Positions 1-13,681 of a stretch of DNA of 64,000 nt are shown here, in pieces. Positions within the stretch are counted from its first letter, which is position 1. Every line of letters begins with the position of its first letter. The stretch comes from Phaeosaccion multiseriatum (lineage: Eukaryota; Protista; Ochrophyta, other classes), in NCBI GenBank assembly GCA_965112735.1, contig OZ218960.1:558001-622000 (forward strand), written 5' to 3'. Position numbers and translations under genes: made by a program. Below the pieces are notes generated by a model. That model was not told the origin of the DNA. It ran no database searches and saw only the letters and a program-made list of their open reading frames with translations.

Positions 1-1086
1 CCGAAGTAGGAGGTGAAGAGCTTAGCTTGGAGAGTGGCGCTCATCAGCACCACCTGAGGAGGATGGCAGTGGATGGGCCAGGAGAGTGAGGAGGGGGGGG
101 GGGGTGCACACCCACGCACGCCCATGCGGGGAACGGCAGAGGAGAGGAGAGGAGAGCAGAGCAGAGCAGAGGAGAGGGGAGGAGAGGAGAGGAGAAAAGA
201 CTTCAGTCCTGTGCGCTGCTACTGACAGAGCCACAAAGACACATATAGACACAAACCCTTGTTCTTGTTCTTCCTTCGCCTCTGTCTCTGCTGGCCCCAC
301 CCAAAGCTCTTCACACCCTCACGCTAATCCCCGCCCCTGCCACTGCGCCTTTGCCTGTGTGTGCCTGTGTGTACCTCTGTATACCTCGGTATGCCTCTGT
401 ATACCTCGGCATGCCTCTATATGCCTCTATATGCCTCTATATGCCTCTGTCTGCCTCGGCATTCCTCTATATGCCTCTGTGTGCCTCTGTCTGCCTCTGT
501 CTGCCTCTGTATGTCTCGGCATGCTTGTAAATGCCTCTATATGCCTCTATATGCCTCTGTGTGCCTCTGTCTGCCTCTGTATGTCTCGACATGCTTGTAA
601 ATGCCTCTATATGCCTCTGTATGCCTTTATATACCTCTGTATACCTCGGCATGCCTCCATATGCCTCTGTCTGCCTCGGTATGCCTCTATATGCCTCTGT
701 GTGCCTCTGTCTGCCTCGGTATGCCTCCATATGCCTCTATATGCCTGACCTTGAGCTCTGGCCTGCTGGGTAGGAGGTCCCTAAGCAGCACAAGGAGAAA
801 GTCCGTGTCCAGCCCACGCTCGTGCACCTGAGACGGGGGTGGATGGCAGTGGATGGGGCAAGAGGGGGTTAGGGCAATAGAAGGGGATCCATTCACTCAC
901 CTCACCCACGCTGCCACTGACCCCATCTACTGCCATCCCCCTTACCCCATCCACTGCCATCCCCCTTCCCCCTTTTCTCCTCCATCCCCATTTACTGCCA
1001 TCCCCCTTACCTCGTCCACAATGACGTGCGATACGCCGTCCAGAAGGGGGTCTGTGGACAGCCTCCGCAGGAGAATACCTGACACA

Positions 1087-1138
<52 letters not shown>

Positions 1139-4100
1139 AGACAATGCTGGATTTTTACGTGCGTGTGACTGAAACGTCTGAAACGCCTTCTTGCCTGTGG
1201 TCATGAAGGTGAGCCTGGTGGCCCTACTGACGCGACTCTCCAGGCGGATCTGATACCCCACAGTCTGCCCCACGGCCTCGCAGCGCTCCTGAGACACGCG
1301 CTCGGCCTGACAGCAGGTAGGGGTGGATGAGGAGGTATATAGGGAGGGAAGGGCGATCAAACTCAAACTAAAACAAGAAAACGTCCCTTCAAGGGCAGTG
1401 CGTAGAGGTTAGAGTTGGAGGGTGGGGTAGGGAGGTAGATGGGTGGGTAGGTAGGCACCCCCCTCCCACCCTCCATTCTGCTTTCCCCTCCTGAACTCGC
1501 TCACTTACTCACCACCCCGACCGCAGAGATCCTCCTCGGCTGTGTGCAGAGGATGCTCATCTGCCCCCCCCTGCCTTGCTCAATAGCCTCATCAAGTAGT
1601 AGCTGGGGTACCTGTTGAGAATAGTGAAGAGAGACACACTGTTGCTCAGCTGTTGCTTAGCTGTTGCACAGCGCTCTTGTTTCGACTGAACTGATACCTC
1701 TCCAAGTACATGCAGTCGTAAGAGTCTTTACGCACCACACACCTACCTGCGTGGTCTTGCCGCACCCGGTCTCTCCTGTATTGTGCCAAGCCATCGACAC
1801 ATCGACAAGAGAGAAGGAGCAGAGCAGGTGGTGATACAGCAGAGCGGTTGGTAATCCATAGTAGACCAGAACCCCCATCCATTGCTCCCCTCCCTCTCCT
1901 CTCCTCCCCTCCTCGCTCCTCCCCTCTCCCTCCCCCCCGCCACCCCCTTCCCCTCTCCCTCCCCTCCCCTTCCTCTCCCCCCTCCTTCACCTGAGAGTAC
2001 CACCACTTGATTGTCCCTGACCAGTGTCAGCAGCTCCTCCCTCTGCCCGAGCATTGGCAGAGAGCGGCGCTGTTGCTGCATCTGAGCGAACCTCTCCCCT
2101 CCGCCGCCCCTCCGTTGGCGCTCGTGAGCTGCCAATAGCTCTGCACTAACCGCGGCCACCTGCCAGCCACGCGGTTTCCAGTTTCAGCTCATATTAAAGA
2201 TCGTATCGTACAGCCATACCATTCAGTGTCTAGGGCATCGACATCGGTGTCGAATGGAGTAAGTGCAGTTTGACAGAGAGACAAAAGAGACAGGGGGGCG
2301 ACAGTTTCAGAAAAGCAACGATGGGAGGATAGGTCATCGACGTACCTGCTCCGGCGTTTGCTGCCGTCGGCCCCTCCCTTGGGCCCTCTGTTTATAGCCT
2401 TGTCGGATCCGCTCCAGCACCCGCAGGGCAGCAGCTTCCTCCTCCTTCCCCTCGTCCTCCTCGTCCTCGTCCTCCTCGTCCTCGTCCTCCTCTTCCCCCT
2501 CCTCCCCCTGCCCCCCCCCCTCCACCTCCTCCTCTTCCTCATCCCCCTCCCCCTCTCCCTCCCCCTCCACCTCCTCCTCCGTCGCGGGTGGTGGTGGGGG
2601 ACGTGCGGATAAGGATAAGGCCTGGAGTGCATCTGTCGCCCCGTTCTCCTCCTCCTGTTGCTCCTCCTCCTCCTGTTGCTCCTCCTGCTGCTCCTCCTCC
2701 TCCCCCTCCTCCTCCCCCTCCTCTTGCTCCTTGTCCACCACTCCTACTGCCGCTACTGCTGCCGCCGCCGCCGCCGCCGCTGCCGCTGCTCCTGCCTCCT
2801 TACGTGCTAACAGCTTGTTCGCCTTCCTCTCCTCCCTGACCCAAGGGGGCTCCTCTTCCACAATGCACAGCACATCACCGTCAGCCACCCTCCCTAGCGA
2901 CGCTACAAAGGCCCCGCACTCACCCGCCTCCTTGTCCACGAGCCTTGACACAAGCAACAGAGGATGGCAGTGGATGGAGGTAGGGGGGAAGGGGTTGGGC
3001 GGCTTAACTGACTGACTGACTGACTGACTGATTGACTGACTGACGAACTGACTGACTGACTGACTGACTGACCCACTCACTGACTCACTGCCTGACTGAC
3101 TCACTGAGTGACTGACGTGAATAACTGACTGACTGGCGGGCTGACTCACTGAATCACTAACTGACGGAATGACTGACTGGCTGACTGGTTGACTGACGTA
3201 CTGACTGACTGATTCTCTCACTGACTGGCTGACTGACTGACTGACTGACTGACTGACTGGCTGACTGACTGACTGACTCACCTCATCCCCCCGGCCTTCT
3301 TCTTGACCCTGAGCTTCGCCCTGACCATGTCAAGCAGCTCTTCCATCGGTAGACCCCTCTCTAACACGAGCAGTTTCCGCTCCCCCATGTTGGGGCGTTG
3401 GTGCTCCTTCTTGCTCTTCTTAGCTGCACACACCTCCACTCGCACCTTCAGCATTGGGATGGTTTTGTTCAGTGGGAGGAGGGAGGAGGAGGGAGGAGGA
3501 GGAGGAGGAGGGGGAGGGAGGAGGAGGAGGAGGGGGAGGGAGGAGGAGGAGAAGGAGGAGGAGGGAGGAGGAGGGGGGAGGAGGAGGAGGAGGAGGAGGA
3601 GGAGGAGGAGGAGGAGGAGGAGGAGGAGGAGGAGGAGGAGGAGGTATATGGGCGGGACGGGGGGGGATGGATGAGGGCACGGCACAGACGAATGCTTAGC
3701 CCACACAATGTAGGATGGCCTTGAGCTTGACACACAGCGTGTGGTAGTGCGATAGGACAGATAATGTGGTAATGTGGTGGTGCGGTGTCCACACAGAGGC
3801 TTCGACATTCATGTCGTGTCCATTTATGGTGTTCGACATTCTTTTTTCTGAAACTGAAAACTGGTGTCCGCGCTCCCTTTTCTGTGACAAACCCCTCTTA
3901 CTAGCAAGCATACGTAGTGACACCCGCACCCCCCCCCCCCCCCAAGTATTTATACATACACACACACACATACACACACACACACACACACGCACACACA
4001 CACACACAAACATCCAAACACACGCACACACACACAAACATCCAAATACACACACACGCACACACGCACACACAAACATCCAAATACACAAACATCCAAA

Positions 4101-5875
4101 CACACACACACTCGCACGCACACACACACACTCGCACGCACACACACACACGCACGCACGCACACACACTCACACACACACCCACACACACACACACACA
4201 CGCACACACATGCACACACACATCCAAACACATACACGCACACACACACACACCCACTCTCACACACACACATACCTTCTCCGTCCAGTCCGGCTCCATA
4301 AATTCCTCCACCCCTGGGTTGTGGCGGTGGCTGTGGCTGGAGCCGTCTTTGTCTTTCTTCCACGCCTTACCCCCACCGCTGCTGCCCCTCTCCCCCCCTC
4401 CTTTCCCTACTGCTGCTGCTGTATCACCAACTGCTGTGGCTTTTGTAGCCCGCTCCTCCTTGCTCTTGTCGCTGTTGGCCTTAACCTCTCTCCTGTCCTG
4501 CTTGAGAAGAGCGTTCATGAGTTCTTTCTTCAACCCTTTCTCCTGTTTACGAGACAGCCCCCCTCCCTCCCCTCCCTCGCCCCCCTTCGCGTCTTGACCT
4601 TGGCCTTGGTCGTCCTCTTGCTCTTGGTCGGATTCACCTTCTTCATCGCCCTCGTTACCCTCCTACGAGTTCGTATGATGGTTTGATCGTTAGATCGTTA
4701 GGTGAGGTGAGGTGAGGTGAGGCAAGGGTTAGGGTACACATATTAAGGACTAAGGACAGGACACACATGCACCGCGCGTGGAGGAGGCCAACAGGAGTGA
4801 CGAGTTGAGATAAGGCATGTCATGTGTCGACATGTAGAGCCACCAACGTCAGGCTTTTTCTACCTTTTCTTGTTCTCTCTGTCTCATACACACGCTGTCT
4901 CTCTCTCTCTCTTACACACATTCTCTCTCTCTCCCTCTCTCTGACTCTGGCTCTCGCTCATCACCGCCAGTAAGCGAGTGTGGCCGACCCGACCCCATCT
5001 CCGGACCCTCGTCTCTGATCCACAACCTCTTGACCCGCAAGCCTCCGGAGGGGACCCAGAACGGCCTTAGATGTATCGTTCATTCCATCAAATCAAACCC
5101 TTCCCTCCTGACCTTGTTGAGAGCAAGGTGAAGGTCCATGAGGATGTCTTCGAGGAGCTTCTTGCCCTGCTTCTTGAGGCCGATCTGTGATGTCGCATAG
5201 AGGGAGGGAAGAGCAGGGCAGGTAGGAAATAGAGGGGTGAGAGAAGGGGAGAGGAAGGGGCGAGCCCGGGTCAGCGCAGCGACAACACAGAGTTGTGCAA
5301 GAAACGAGGCCGAGGAGATGATGAGCGGGCGAAGCGTCCACTACTCTGATCCGTGCGGTCCAAATCGATGGAGCTGCGTGTATTATAGGCAGTAGTAGAT
5401 GTCCCTAAAGGGTGCATAGATGAAGTCTTTCTCACCTTGGTGACAGGGGGGCGGTGTCGAATCGCATTCCCCGCATCACCGGCAGCTCCACGTCCTTTCT
5501 GAGCGACTCGAGCGGGGGGAGGTGCGGCGTCAGGAAGGAAGGACAACGAGCCCCTCATACGCTGAGAAGTGAGACATCTTCCAACGAAAGGCAGGCCCCA
5601 TTTCGCTTCCTTTCCCTGTTCAACATAAGGCTAGACGAGACTCAAAAAGGAAAGATGCGCAGCTAAAGACGGAAGCCAAGGATTGAAACGACCTCTTCCC
5701 TGTTCTGTGCTGTTCTCTGCTGCTCTCTGGGCCTCACCTTGCCTCCCTTGCCCCTCTCTTCGTCTCCCTCCCCGCCTCCGCCTCCCCCCCACTTTCTCAG
5801 CTTCTTGCTGATCTTCTTCTGCTGAGCGGCGCCTTTGTTGCTACCCTTGCGAGCACCCTTGCTTCCCTTCGCCAT
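1..5875 (-). CDS. DEAH-box RNA helicase, DHX57/DHX36/DHX29-like (multi-exon, 3' end runs off the window)
   Basis: Spliced exons give [25 protein letters not shown]|ETGCGKTTQ (motif I), TQPRRISA (Ia), [11 protein letters not shown]|ILLRRL, HVIVDE|VHER (II), VVLMSAT (III). Approximate exons: 5738-5875, 5437-5560, 5113-5184, 4276-4662, 3282-3445, ~2345-2943, 1991-2159, 1746-1775, 1511-1611, 1195-1306, 1011-1078, 750-827, 1-53. The N-terminal exons are less certain. Confidence 0.9.
355..745. repeat. ~10-bp intronic minisatellite (ATGCCTCTAT/GTGCCTCTGT variants)
   Basis: Degenerate tandem array directly visible, inside helicase intron 54-749. Confidence 0.9.
3005..3278. repeat. (CTGA)n intronic microsatellite
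   Basis: Directly visible; starts at the minus-strand donor GTGAGTCAGTCAG. Confidence 0.95.
3955..4272. repeat. (CA)n-derived intronic microsatellite
   Basis: Directly visible. Confidence 0.9.
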
Positions 5876-6007
5876 CGCGAGTGCCCTTTGCCCACGAGGA
5901 GCGCAGGAGAGAGATTGAAGAGAAGGGGGAGCTCTCAAGATCGGTCGTCGCCAAAATGCGTACCACCACTTCTCATACATCGTCTCGCCTCTTCTTCTCT
6001 TCTTGCT

Positions 6008-6038
<31 letters not shown>

Positions 6039-6141
6039 CTCTCTCTGTTTCTTTCTCTCTCTCTCTCGTTCTCTCTCTCTGCGTGTACCTCATATTATTT
6101 TAGTGGCTTGCTAAGAGTAGGGATTAAAAACTCTTCTACAC

Positions 6142-8415
6142 ATGGCGGCGGTCATTGGGACCAGGAGCGAGGTCGGCAAAAGGAAGGCGCGGAAGCAAGT
6201 CGCCCGGCTCTTTGACGACACCGATGATGGGGGAAGGGGGGCGAATATATGGTGGGGCAATAAAAAGCGCCGCCGAGGAAAGGATCCAGCCAAGACTCGC
6301 TGCGACCCCGCCAAGGATTCAGGTAGGCAGGGGACGATTGTGTGAAGAAGAGCGCAACAAGTGGAAAGATGTCGTGAGAGTTTCTCTAGTGCATATCGCA
6401 TTCACCACCACTCTGAGCTCCTCTCCTCTCCTCCCTCACCCCACCCTTCCACGCAGGAACCACTCGAGGCAGTGAGTGCCGAGTGAGGCAATTTTGTCTA
6501 TTCTTCTCACGTGGGGCGTGCAACAAAGGCATGGATTGCCACAAACTGCACCTGATACCGGATGAGGTAAGTGTAAGAGAGTATTTGTTTTCAGGCGGCG
6601 ACGCCTCTTGTTGGGTCGGCGCTCCACCAGGTGCTCCGGGTTCTGCCCTCCTGGATCGGTTCGATGTTTCTATTTGTCGTCACTCTCTCTTGTGGTACCT
6701 GCCCTCTCTGTGGCTATGACTGCTACTGTGCATGGATCACCACTATCATCAGGACGACGATCTGCATTTGACCAACGATGTAGACTGCTTTGGGAGGGAG
6801 CGGACCACTGTGCCGGCGAACTCCGCGAACGGTGAGGACGACGGGGTTGGCTGCCTTTTCACGGAGAATCGCACTCTATGGGTAGGGGGGATACCCTTCG
6901 CTCTCAAAGAGGGAGAGGCTAGAGAGAGGTGCGTGCGGGCGGGCATGGGGAGGGACGGAGGGAGGGACATGATGGAGAGAGGGAGGAAGGGAGGGAGGGA
7001 GGGAGGGACATGATGGAGAGAGGGAGGAAGGGAGGGAGGGAGGGAGGGAGGGCGCACTGTACTGATTGCATTGGTGTGACACACAAGGCTGCGTGCTGTG
7101 CCCCTCTGTCCCTCCCCTCTCTCTCGTTGGCCCCTCCCTCTCTCTGCCTCTCCAACGCCCCCCCCCCCCCTCCCTCTCTCTCTCTCCACAACACTTACTT
7201 ACAAGACTGCGGCAAGAATTCTCTGCGTGGGGCGAGGTGGTGTCCGTGCGCATGGTCAGTGGAAAGGGTTGCGCCTTTGTCCAGTTCCGGTACAGGGCCA
7301 ACGCAGAGTTTGCAAGAGAAGCCATGGCCAATCAGAGCCTGGGGGCAGGGGGGGCAGTTGGTGATACAGGGGCAGGGACAGGGGCTGCCAGGGCGAGGGC
7401 TTCTCTCGATAAAAGCAGCAAGAAGGCGAAGACAGGGGCGGGGTCAAAGGCAGGGGCATCATCACAGATGGCGGGGATCTCTTCCGAATGCGGTGGTGTC
7501 GCGCCCCTGTGGGTAAAGTGGGCGTCGGAAGACCCAAACCCTCGAGCCGTGCAGAGGGAGACGCAGCGCAAAGCTCAAACGCTCTTGGCGGCACAGGTAG
7601 GTGACTTGAGGGGAAGCGTCGAATGCGTCTCAATTCTTTTCAGTTTGCTTTCAGTTCCTCTTCCTTCCCCCCCTCTTCATTCTCCTCCTCCTCCTTCTTC
7701 TCCACCTCTCTCTCTTGTCGTTCGTACTCCTCCTCCGGTTGTTATGTGGTTGTCATCACAGATGGCGAAGGGAGAGGTATCTTTGAACGCCATGGCCCTG
7801 CCGAAGAGAGACAGAGCCCTCCTCAAGCGGCTCAAGATAGATCAACCAACGCAGCAGCAGCAGTTGGTGATACAGCAGCAGCAGCAGCAGATGGTGATAC
7901 AGGAGCAGTGGGCGGTAGGGGGCGGGCAATATCCCAACACCGACGGACAGTATGCCACGGGGCAGCAGGAGGGGTATCAGCACCAGCAGGAGCACCAGTA
8001 TGCGCAGCAGGAGTGGCAGTATCAGCAGCAGCAGGAATGGCCCCAGCATCAGCAGCAGCAGTTGGTGATACAGCATCAGCAGCAGCAGGAGTGGCAGGCG
8101 TATCCGCAGCAAGGGTATCCGCAGCAGCAGCAGCAGTTGGTGATACAGCAGCAACAGGAGTGGCAGGGAAACCCCCTCCCCCCTCCTCCTCCTTCCGGGA
8201 GTGGCGCGGATGCTGCTGTTGGAGGAGGAGGACATGGGCCGGACCAGACTCTGCTCTCTGCAGGGGCGGCGGCAGCAGTAACAGGGGCAAGAAGCGAGGA
8301 GGGAGGAGGAGGAGGAGGAGGGCATCTAGCAGCAGTTACAGCACCAGTACAGGAACAGAAATCGGCACTGTCGTCGATAGCGGCAGGCTATGGTTCAAGC
8401 TCGGACTCTGATTGA
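6142..8415 (+). CDS. CWC2: Pre-mRNA splicing factor Cwc2 (Torus/CCCH zinc finger + RRM), 5 exons
   Basis: NIWW...TRCDPAKDSG, FCLFFSRGAC-NKGMDCHKLH (CCCH), DCFGRE...DDGVGCLF.ENRTLWVGGI, RNP1 KGCAFVQF, NAEFAREAMANQSL and VKWASEDPNP match the Cwc2 family. Approximate exons: 6142-6322, 6457-6566, 6753-6928, 7206-7597, 7762-8415. Confidence 0.92.
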
Positions 8416-8582
8416 AGGAAGAGTGAAGAGTTAATAAATGAATCTACTTTTTTTCGTCTGCCGTATTAGCATGCACGATTCACACTGCTTGCTTTGCCTC
8501 TCATCCACCCCGCCCCCCCGCCCCCCCTCCCTCCCTCATCTCCCTGCCTCCCTCCCTCCCTCTCCCCCCTCCCCTCTCCTCC

Positions 8583-11500
8583 TCACCCATCCGCCTCTCC
8601 CTCCTTCCAGTTCAAGGCACGGAGGAGATCCCCCACCACCATGAGACTGCCTGTGGCAAGCACCTGCATCTTGCCTCTTGGCGACGGCTGTACTCCTCTT
8701 TCTCCTCCTCCTCCTCCTCCTCCTCCTCCTCCTCCTCCTCCTCCTCCTCCTTCTCCTCCCCCCTCTTGCACTGTCCCCACGCCCTCCAACCTCCTCCGCT
8801 TCTTCTTGCTCCTGCTCTCAACACCTTCTTCGCTGGTGGCACAATCCTCCTTTGTCGCTGCCTTCACCTTCGCCGCCCCTGTTGCGAAGGCGCTCAGTCG
8901 GTGCACCAGCTCCAGCGCGGCCGCCCCCGCCCCTCCCCCCCCCGGCTGCTGCTGTTGCTGCTGCTGCTGCCCTGATCCTTTAGTGCCATCCGCCCCCTGT
9001 TTCCCTGATCCTCCACTGCCATCCTCTCCTCCCCTCCCCTCCCCCCCTCCTCCTCCCACCACCTCCACCACACTCCTGCGCACCCCTGCGTTATCCTGCA
9101 GGGCCGTCCACACTTGCCCGCACGTCTGTTGCCATTCCGTCCCCGCCCCGCACGTCTGTTGCCATCCCACTCCTGCCCCACCTATCCCGGCACTATCCCC
9201 CTCCCCCTCCAATCCCAACGGAGGCGGTACTGGTGCTGGCAAGGGTATGCCACTGCCTGCCAACAGCTCTGCGGCACTGGGCAGACTGAATCGAGACGGT
9301 CTCCCCGACGCTTTGAAAAACAGCACCACGTCGAACAGCGGAGCAGAGAGGACTTTAGGCTCCTTCTTATCCTTCCCTTCCCCGGCGGGGGGGAGCTCCA
9401 CGCCGCCTACACCACCACCACCACCACCTCGCCCTCCCCGCCTGGCCCCTGCCAGGGTGGAGAGCAGCGCTACAACGCCTCTCTCGTGGCTGCAGTTGAA
9501 CACCAGTGCGCGCAACGGGCCGTCGCCGGAGTCGGTATCGGAATTGGAATCGGAATCGGAATCTCCCCCCGACGGTGGAGAGGCTGCGAGGAACCACTCG
9601 AGGCAAGCACGCATGCTCTCTTGAGTGTGCGCTCCATCCAGAAACATGTCCATGCCGGGCCGGGAGAGGGTCTGTGGGGTGGGGTGTGGTGTGGTGTGGT
9701 GCGAGGAAAGGATGTGAGGGGGGATGGCAGTGGATGGGTAGAGGGGGGGCGGAATGGGGTGGGATAGCAGTGGGTGGATGGAAGGGGAGACGGAGAAGGA
9801 GGAGGAGGAGAAGGAGGAGGAGGAGGAGGAGGAGGAGGAGGAGGAGGAGGAGGAGGAGGAGGAGGAGGAGGAGGAGGAGGAGGAGGAGAAGGAGGAGGAG
9901 GAGGAGAAGGAGGAGGAGAAGGGGGAGAAGGAGAGTCATGCCACAGTCAGGCCACAGTCAGGCCACATGTCAACAAGGAAGTCTTACGACACGCTGCTGG
10001 GAATCACTCACAAGGCCGCTCAGGGACCGCTCAGGGACCGATCCACGAGAGCGTTGGACGGACAAACACACCCACTCACCCACTCACCCACACACCCATG
10101 CACCCACGCACCCACGCACCCACCCACGTACACTCACCCACCACCCACCCACCCACCCACCCTCCAAACCACCCACCTACCCACCCACTCACTCACGCAC
10201 CCACGCACCTGGCACCTGCCCGGCCAGCGGCACCGTGCCAGGCCCTCTCTAACAGCGGCGCTGTCACAAAAGGCCTCCCAGCTCTCTGTCCCCCCCTCTG
10301 TCGCCGTCTCTGTCTCTGTCTCTGTCTCCATATCATCCGCCGCCTTCTTTGTCGCTGTGTCTGCTGTGCTGCCGTCCCCGTCCCCACCCTCATCCGCGCT
10401 GCTGTCGCTCTTCCTACCCCCCACCCCTCCGGTGGATTCTCCTTTCTCTTCTCTACTCCTCCTCCTCCTCCTCCTCCCATCCACTGCCATCCTCCCAGGG
10501 GTGAAAGTGGTGGGTGTATCTAAGGTGGTGGGCACGCCATCGGGATGGTGTTGTGTTTCTGTTCCGACACGCACCCCAAGCTCCTCTGCGCAAAGGGCGA
10601 TGGCGAGACCTGCATTGACGCGCTGGTGCTCGCCCGCGAGTCCGACCATCAGTACATCCTCTTCGCCATCCACTGCCATTCCATCCCCGCCACCCCCCTC
10701 CCTGCCCCCTGCCCCCGCCCCCCCCCCTCCCTCCTCGTCGTCTTCCTCCTTCCCGTCTTCATCGTCCTCCGATCGTCCTCGCGCTTCTGCTTGCTGCGGA
10801 TCCACCCTCACTCGCCGCCGCCGTCTCCTCCTCAGCGTGGGCGCGAGGGTGAGGGAGGTGTGAGCATCCTTCCCGCACTGCCTTAGGACTGACAGGCCAT
10901 TTGAGTCGCTGGGCTGCTGCACGGAGTAGGCGGGGCTGTGTTGCTTCAAGATACCACCCTTCTCCCACGCTATCTTCTCGATAGTGTTGCCTAGCACCTG
11001 ACAGAGAGAAGGGGGGGAGGGGAGGTGTAGTAGTAGGAAGTGGAGGTGGTGACGGTGGTGGTGGTGGTGGTGGTAGTGGTAGTGGTGGTGGTGGAGGAGG
11101 AGGAGGTGGTCGTGAGGTGAGTGGTGAATGAGAGCAGAGCGGTAGAGCCGAGTGAGTGAGTGAGTGAGTGAGTGAGTGAGGTGAGGTGAGTGAGAGAGAG
11201 AGTGAGGGAGGTGAGGTGAGTGAGTGATGTAAGGTGAGGTGTGGGTACACCTCCCGTGGGGGGGGGGGTGCCCATGTGCGCGAGGAGGGAGTGTGTGTTG
11301 CATGCTATCGATCATAGATAGATCGATAGATAGATGTACAGATAGAGAGATAGAGGTGAGCACGCGCCCACGCATAGCATGCACCCACACACGCACGGAC
11401 GTACGCACGCATCACACATGCCCCCCCATGCTCTAGTACCATCTAGTGCCATTTAGTCATACCTGAGTGTGGTCGAGGTCCAGCAGCGTTACTCCGCAGC

Positions 11501-13246
11501 ACACGGGGGCAGGGATGACATTGGTGGCGTCGTATCGCCCGCCCATGCCCACCTGCTCTCTCGACATATATATACAAGGACGAGAAGTCGAGGAGGTCGA
11601 TATACGTTAGACATTGAGCGTGTGACTGGGAGTGTGTGTCTGTTTGGAAAGGACACCAAGCACTAAGCACATAGGCCCCATGTCCCGTACCATTCTTAAC
11701 ATTGTTGACATCGACATCGATACTTGATGTAGACATTCTCTCTCGATAGTCAACCCCTCTTCCCCTGACTCCTCACTCACCTCCAAGACCAGCACGTCGA
11801 CATTCTCATGCACAAAGACCCAGAGGCCCACCAGCGTCAGCAGGCGGAAGTAGTTGGGCATCGGTGGGGGGGGGCGCGGTGGTGCCTCAGAGTTCCCTGA
11901 CTCCTCCCCCTCCTTCCCCTGGTCCTTCTTGTCCTCCGCCCCTCTCTCCTCCTCCTCCTCCTCCTCCTCCTCCTCCTCCTCCTCCTCCTGTTGATCTTTG
12001 GTGGCCTGCAGCTTGTCCCATACTTGGAAGAAGTAGCTGCAGCAGCACGACCGCCGGACACATCGATCGGAGCAACAAAAGAGACGTGGGGGGCGCGGGC
12101 CAACGGGTGAGAAGAGTTTAGGGGGGGGGGTGCAAGGAAGGACAGGACAGAAGGACGAACGGACAGAAGGACGAACGGACGGACGGTCACGACAGAAGGT
12201 GAGGAGGAGCACTGCTATCACCATGATGCTATCACCGCACAGGAGGGCGGATAGACAGAGCATGCCGCGAAGAAGCACCAGGGAAAGGCGAAGATTTCAC
12301 AGATACCACGCCCTGCCCTGGCCTACCCATCCATTGCCATCTCCTGCCCATCCCCTCCCCCCCCCCCCCCTCCCCTCTCTCACCGTGCGAAGAGGGCCTC
12401 GCTGATTGGCTTGCCGCCTATCCGCAGCCTCTCTCGCACAGTGACGAGGTGCGGTGACGAGAAGAGACCGGTGCGCCGACCCCTGTGCCTCAGAATGGCC
12501 TCTGTCATGCATGCGGTGCTGCCCTTACCCTTGGTGCCTGCGGGGCCACGGGCGACGCAGAGAGGCAGAGAGCAACACACCGGTTTAAAGAGGTCCCGTT
12601 GGTTGGTTGATTCCCTACTCGGCGTCTACGCGATAGGATTGATTCCTTGGTTCTGTACAGGAGGAATGAGAGAAGTTCTGTTCTGCGCCTCTGGCGAACG
12701 AAGAAGACAAGGCCAGAGCTTCCTTCGGAAGGGGCGGATGTTTACGGAGACCCCTCCTGTCTCCTCTTTTGCTCGTCTCACAGAGGACACTCTCACATCT
12801 CTTCCTCCCGGCACTCTTCCTCCCGGCAGGAGCCCCCACACCACAAATTGTGTCTGTAGGTCCCGTTCCAAAAGAGACATCAAGCACCGGAGCCCCAAGT
12901 GCATCCAAGTACCCTGGTTATCCCCTCCCTCCTCCACTCCCCACTCACCTGTGATGTGAATGACCCGAAGGCGGGAGATGTCTAGGCCCAGGCGCCGCAG
13001 GTAGTGTTGCATCGCAGGGACGGTATGTTTTCGTTGCTGGGCCGCCTTGTCCAGTGCAGCCCCACTGGAAATTGTGCCGAACAGCAGCGCCTCCGCCGCG
13101 GAGAAGGAGCGACTATTGCTGCTTCTGCTGCTGGTGCTGTTGCTGCTGCTACTGGCGACGGTGCTATTGACGGTGCTGCTGGGGCTGTTTGTAGTGACAC
13201 CATCGGCTGCTCCGTTCATCACCTTGTTGGAGCCGACGCCGTGCAT
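8583..13246 (-). CDS. FPGS: Folylpolyglutamate synthase, ~6 exons
   Basis: IHIT|GTKGKGST (P-loop), [28 protein letters not shown]|[19 protein letters not shown]|[43 protein letters not shown]. Confidence 0.95.
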
Positions 13247-13681
13247 AGCTTACTAAACAATCCTCTCCGCCCCAAGTTTATTAGTACTGAGGCACCGGAG
13301 TAAAAGGGACGAAGGAAGGAGGGGGGGGCCTTGGGTGAGGTGAGAATATAAATGCCCTCGGAGTGGAGAAAATGAAATAGGCATGGTGGTGATACGAATG
13401 CCATTTGGAGCCCGAAAACTCGAGGTCGATAACTCGCTCTCCCATCTCTTTCTTCCTTAAGAAGGACACTTAATCTCTTAGAGCACAGCACGGCGCTATA
13501 TTGGACCTGAGACTGTGGGGAAGCTCTTTAGTAACTTTTTCCCCTTCTCTGGGACCCCTGCGCCTCCTGTGGTCACGCACAGACACGGGGAAGGGAGCAC
13601 CACAAAGGCAACGCTTTGCTTTCCATTCCTCTCTCTTCACGGTAACTGCACCTGATATTGTGAAGCAGCTTCGGCGGAGTG

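Noticed and set aside
7850-8165. QLVIQ as a conserved protein motif
   Set aside because: The same nucleotides are read as AVGDT or VSPT elsewhere, even within the same gene, so the signal is at the nucleotide level.
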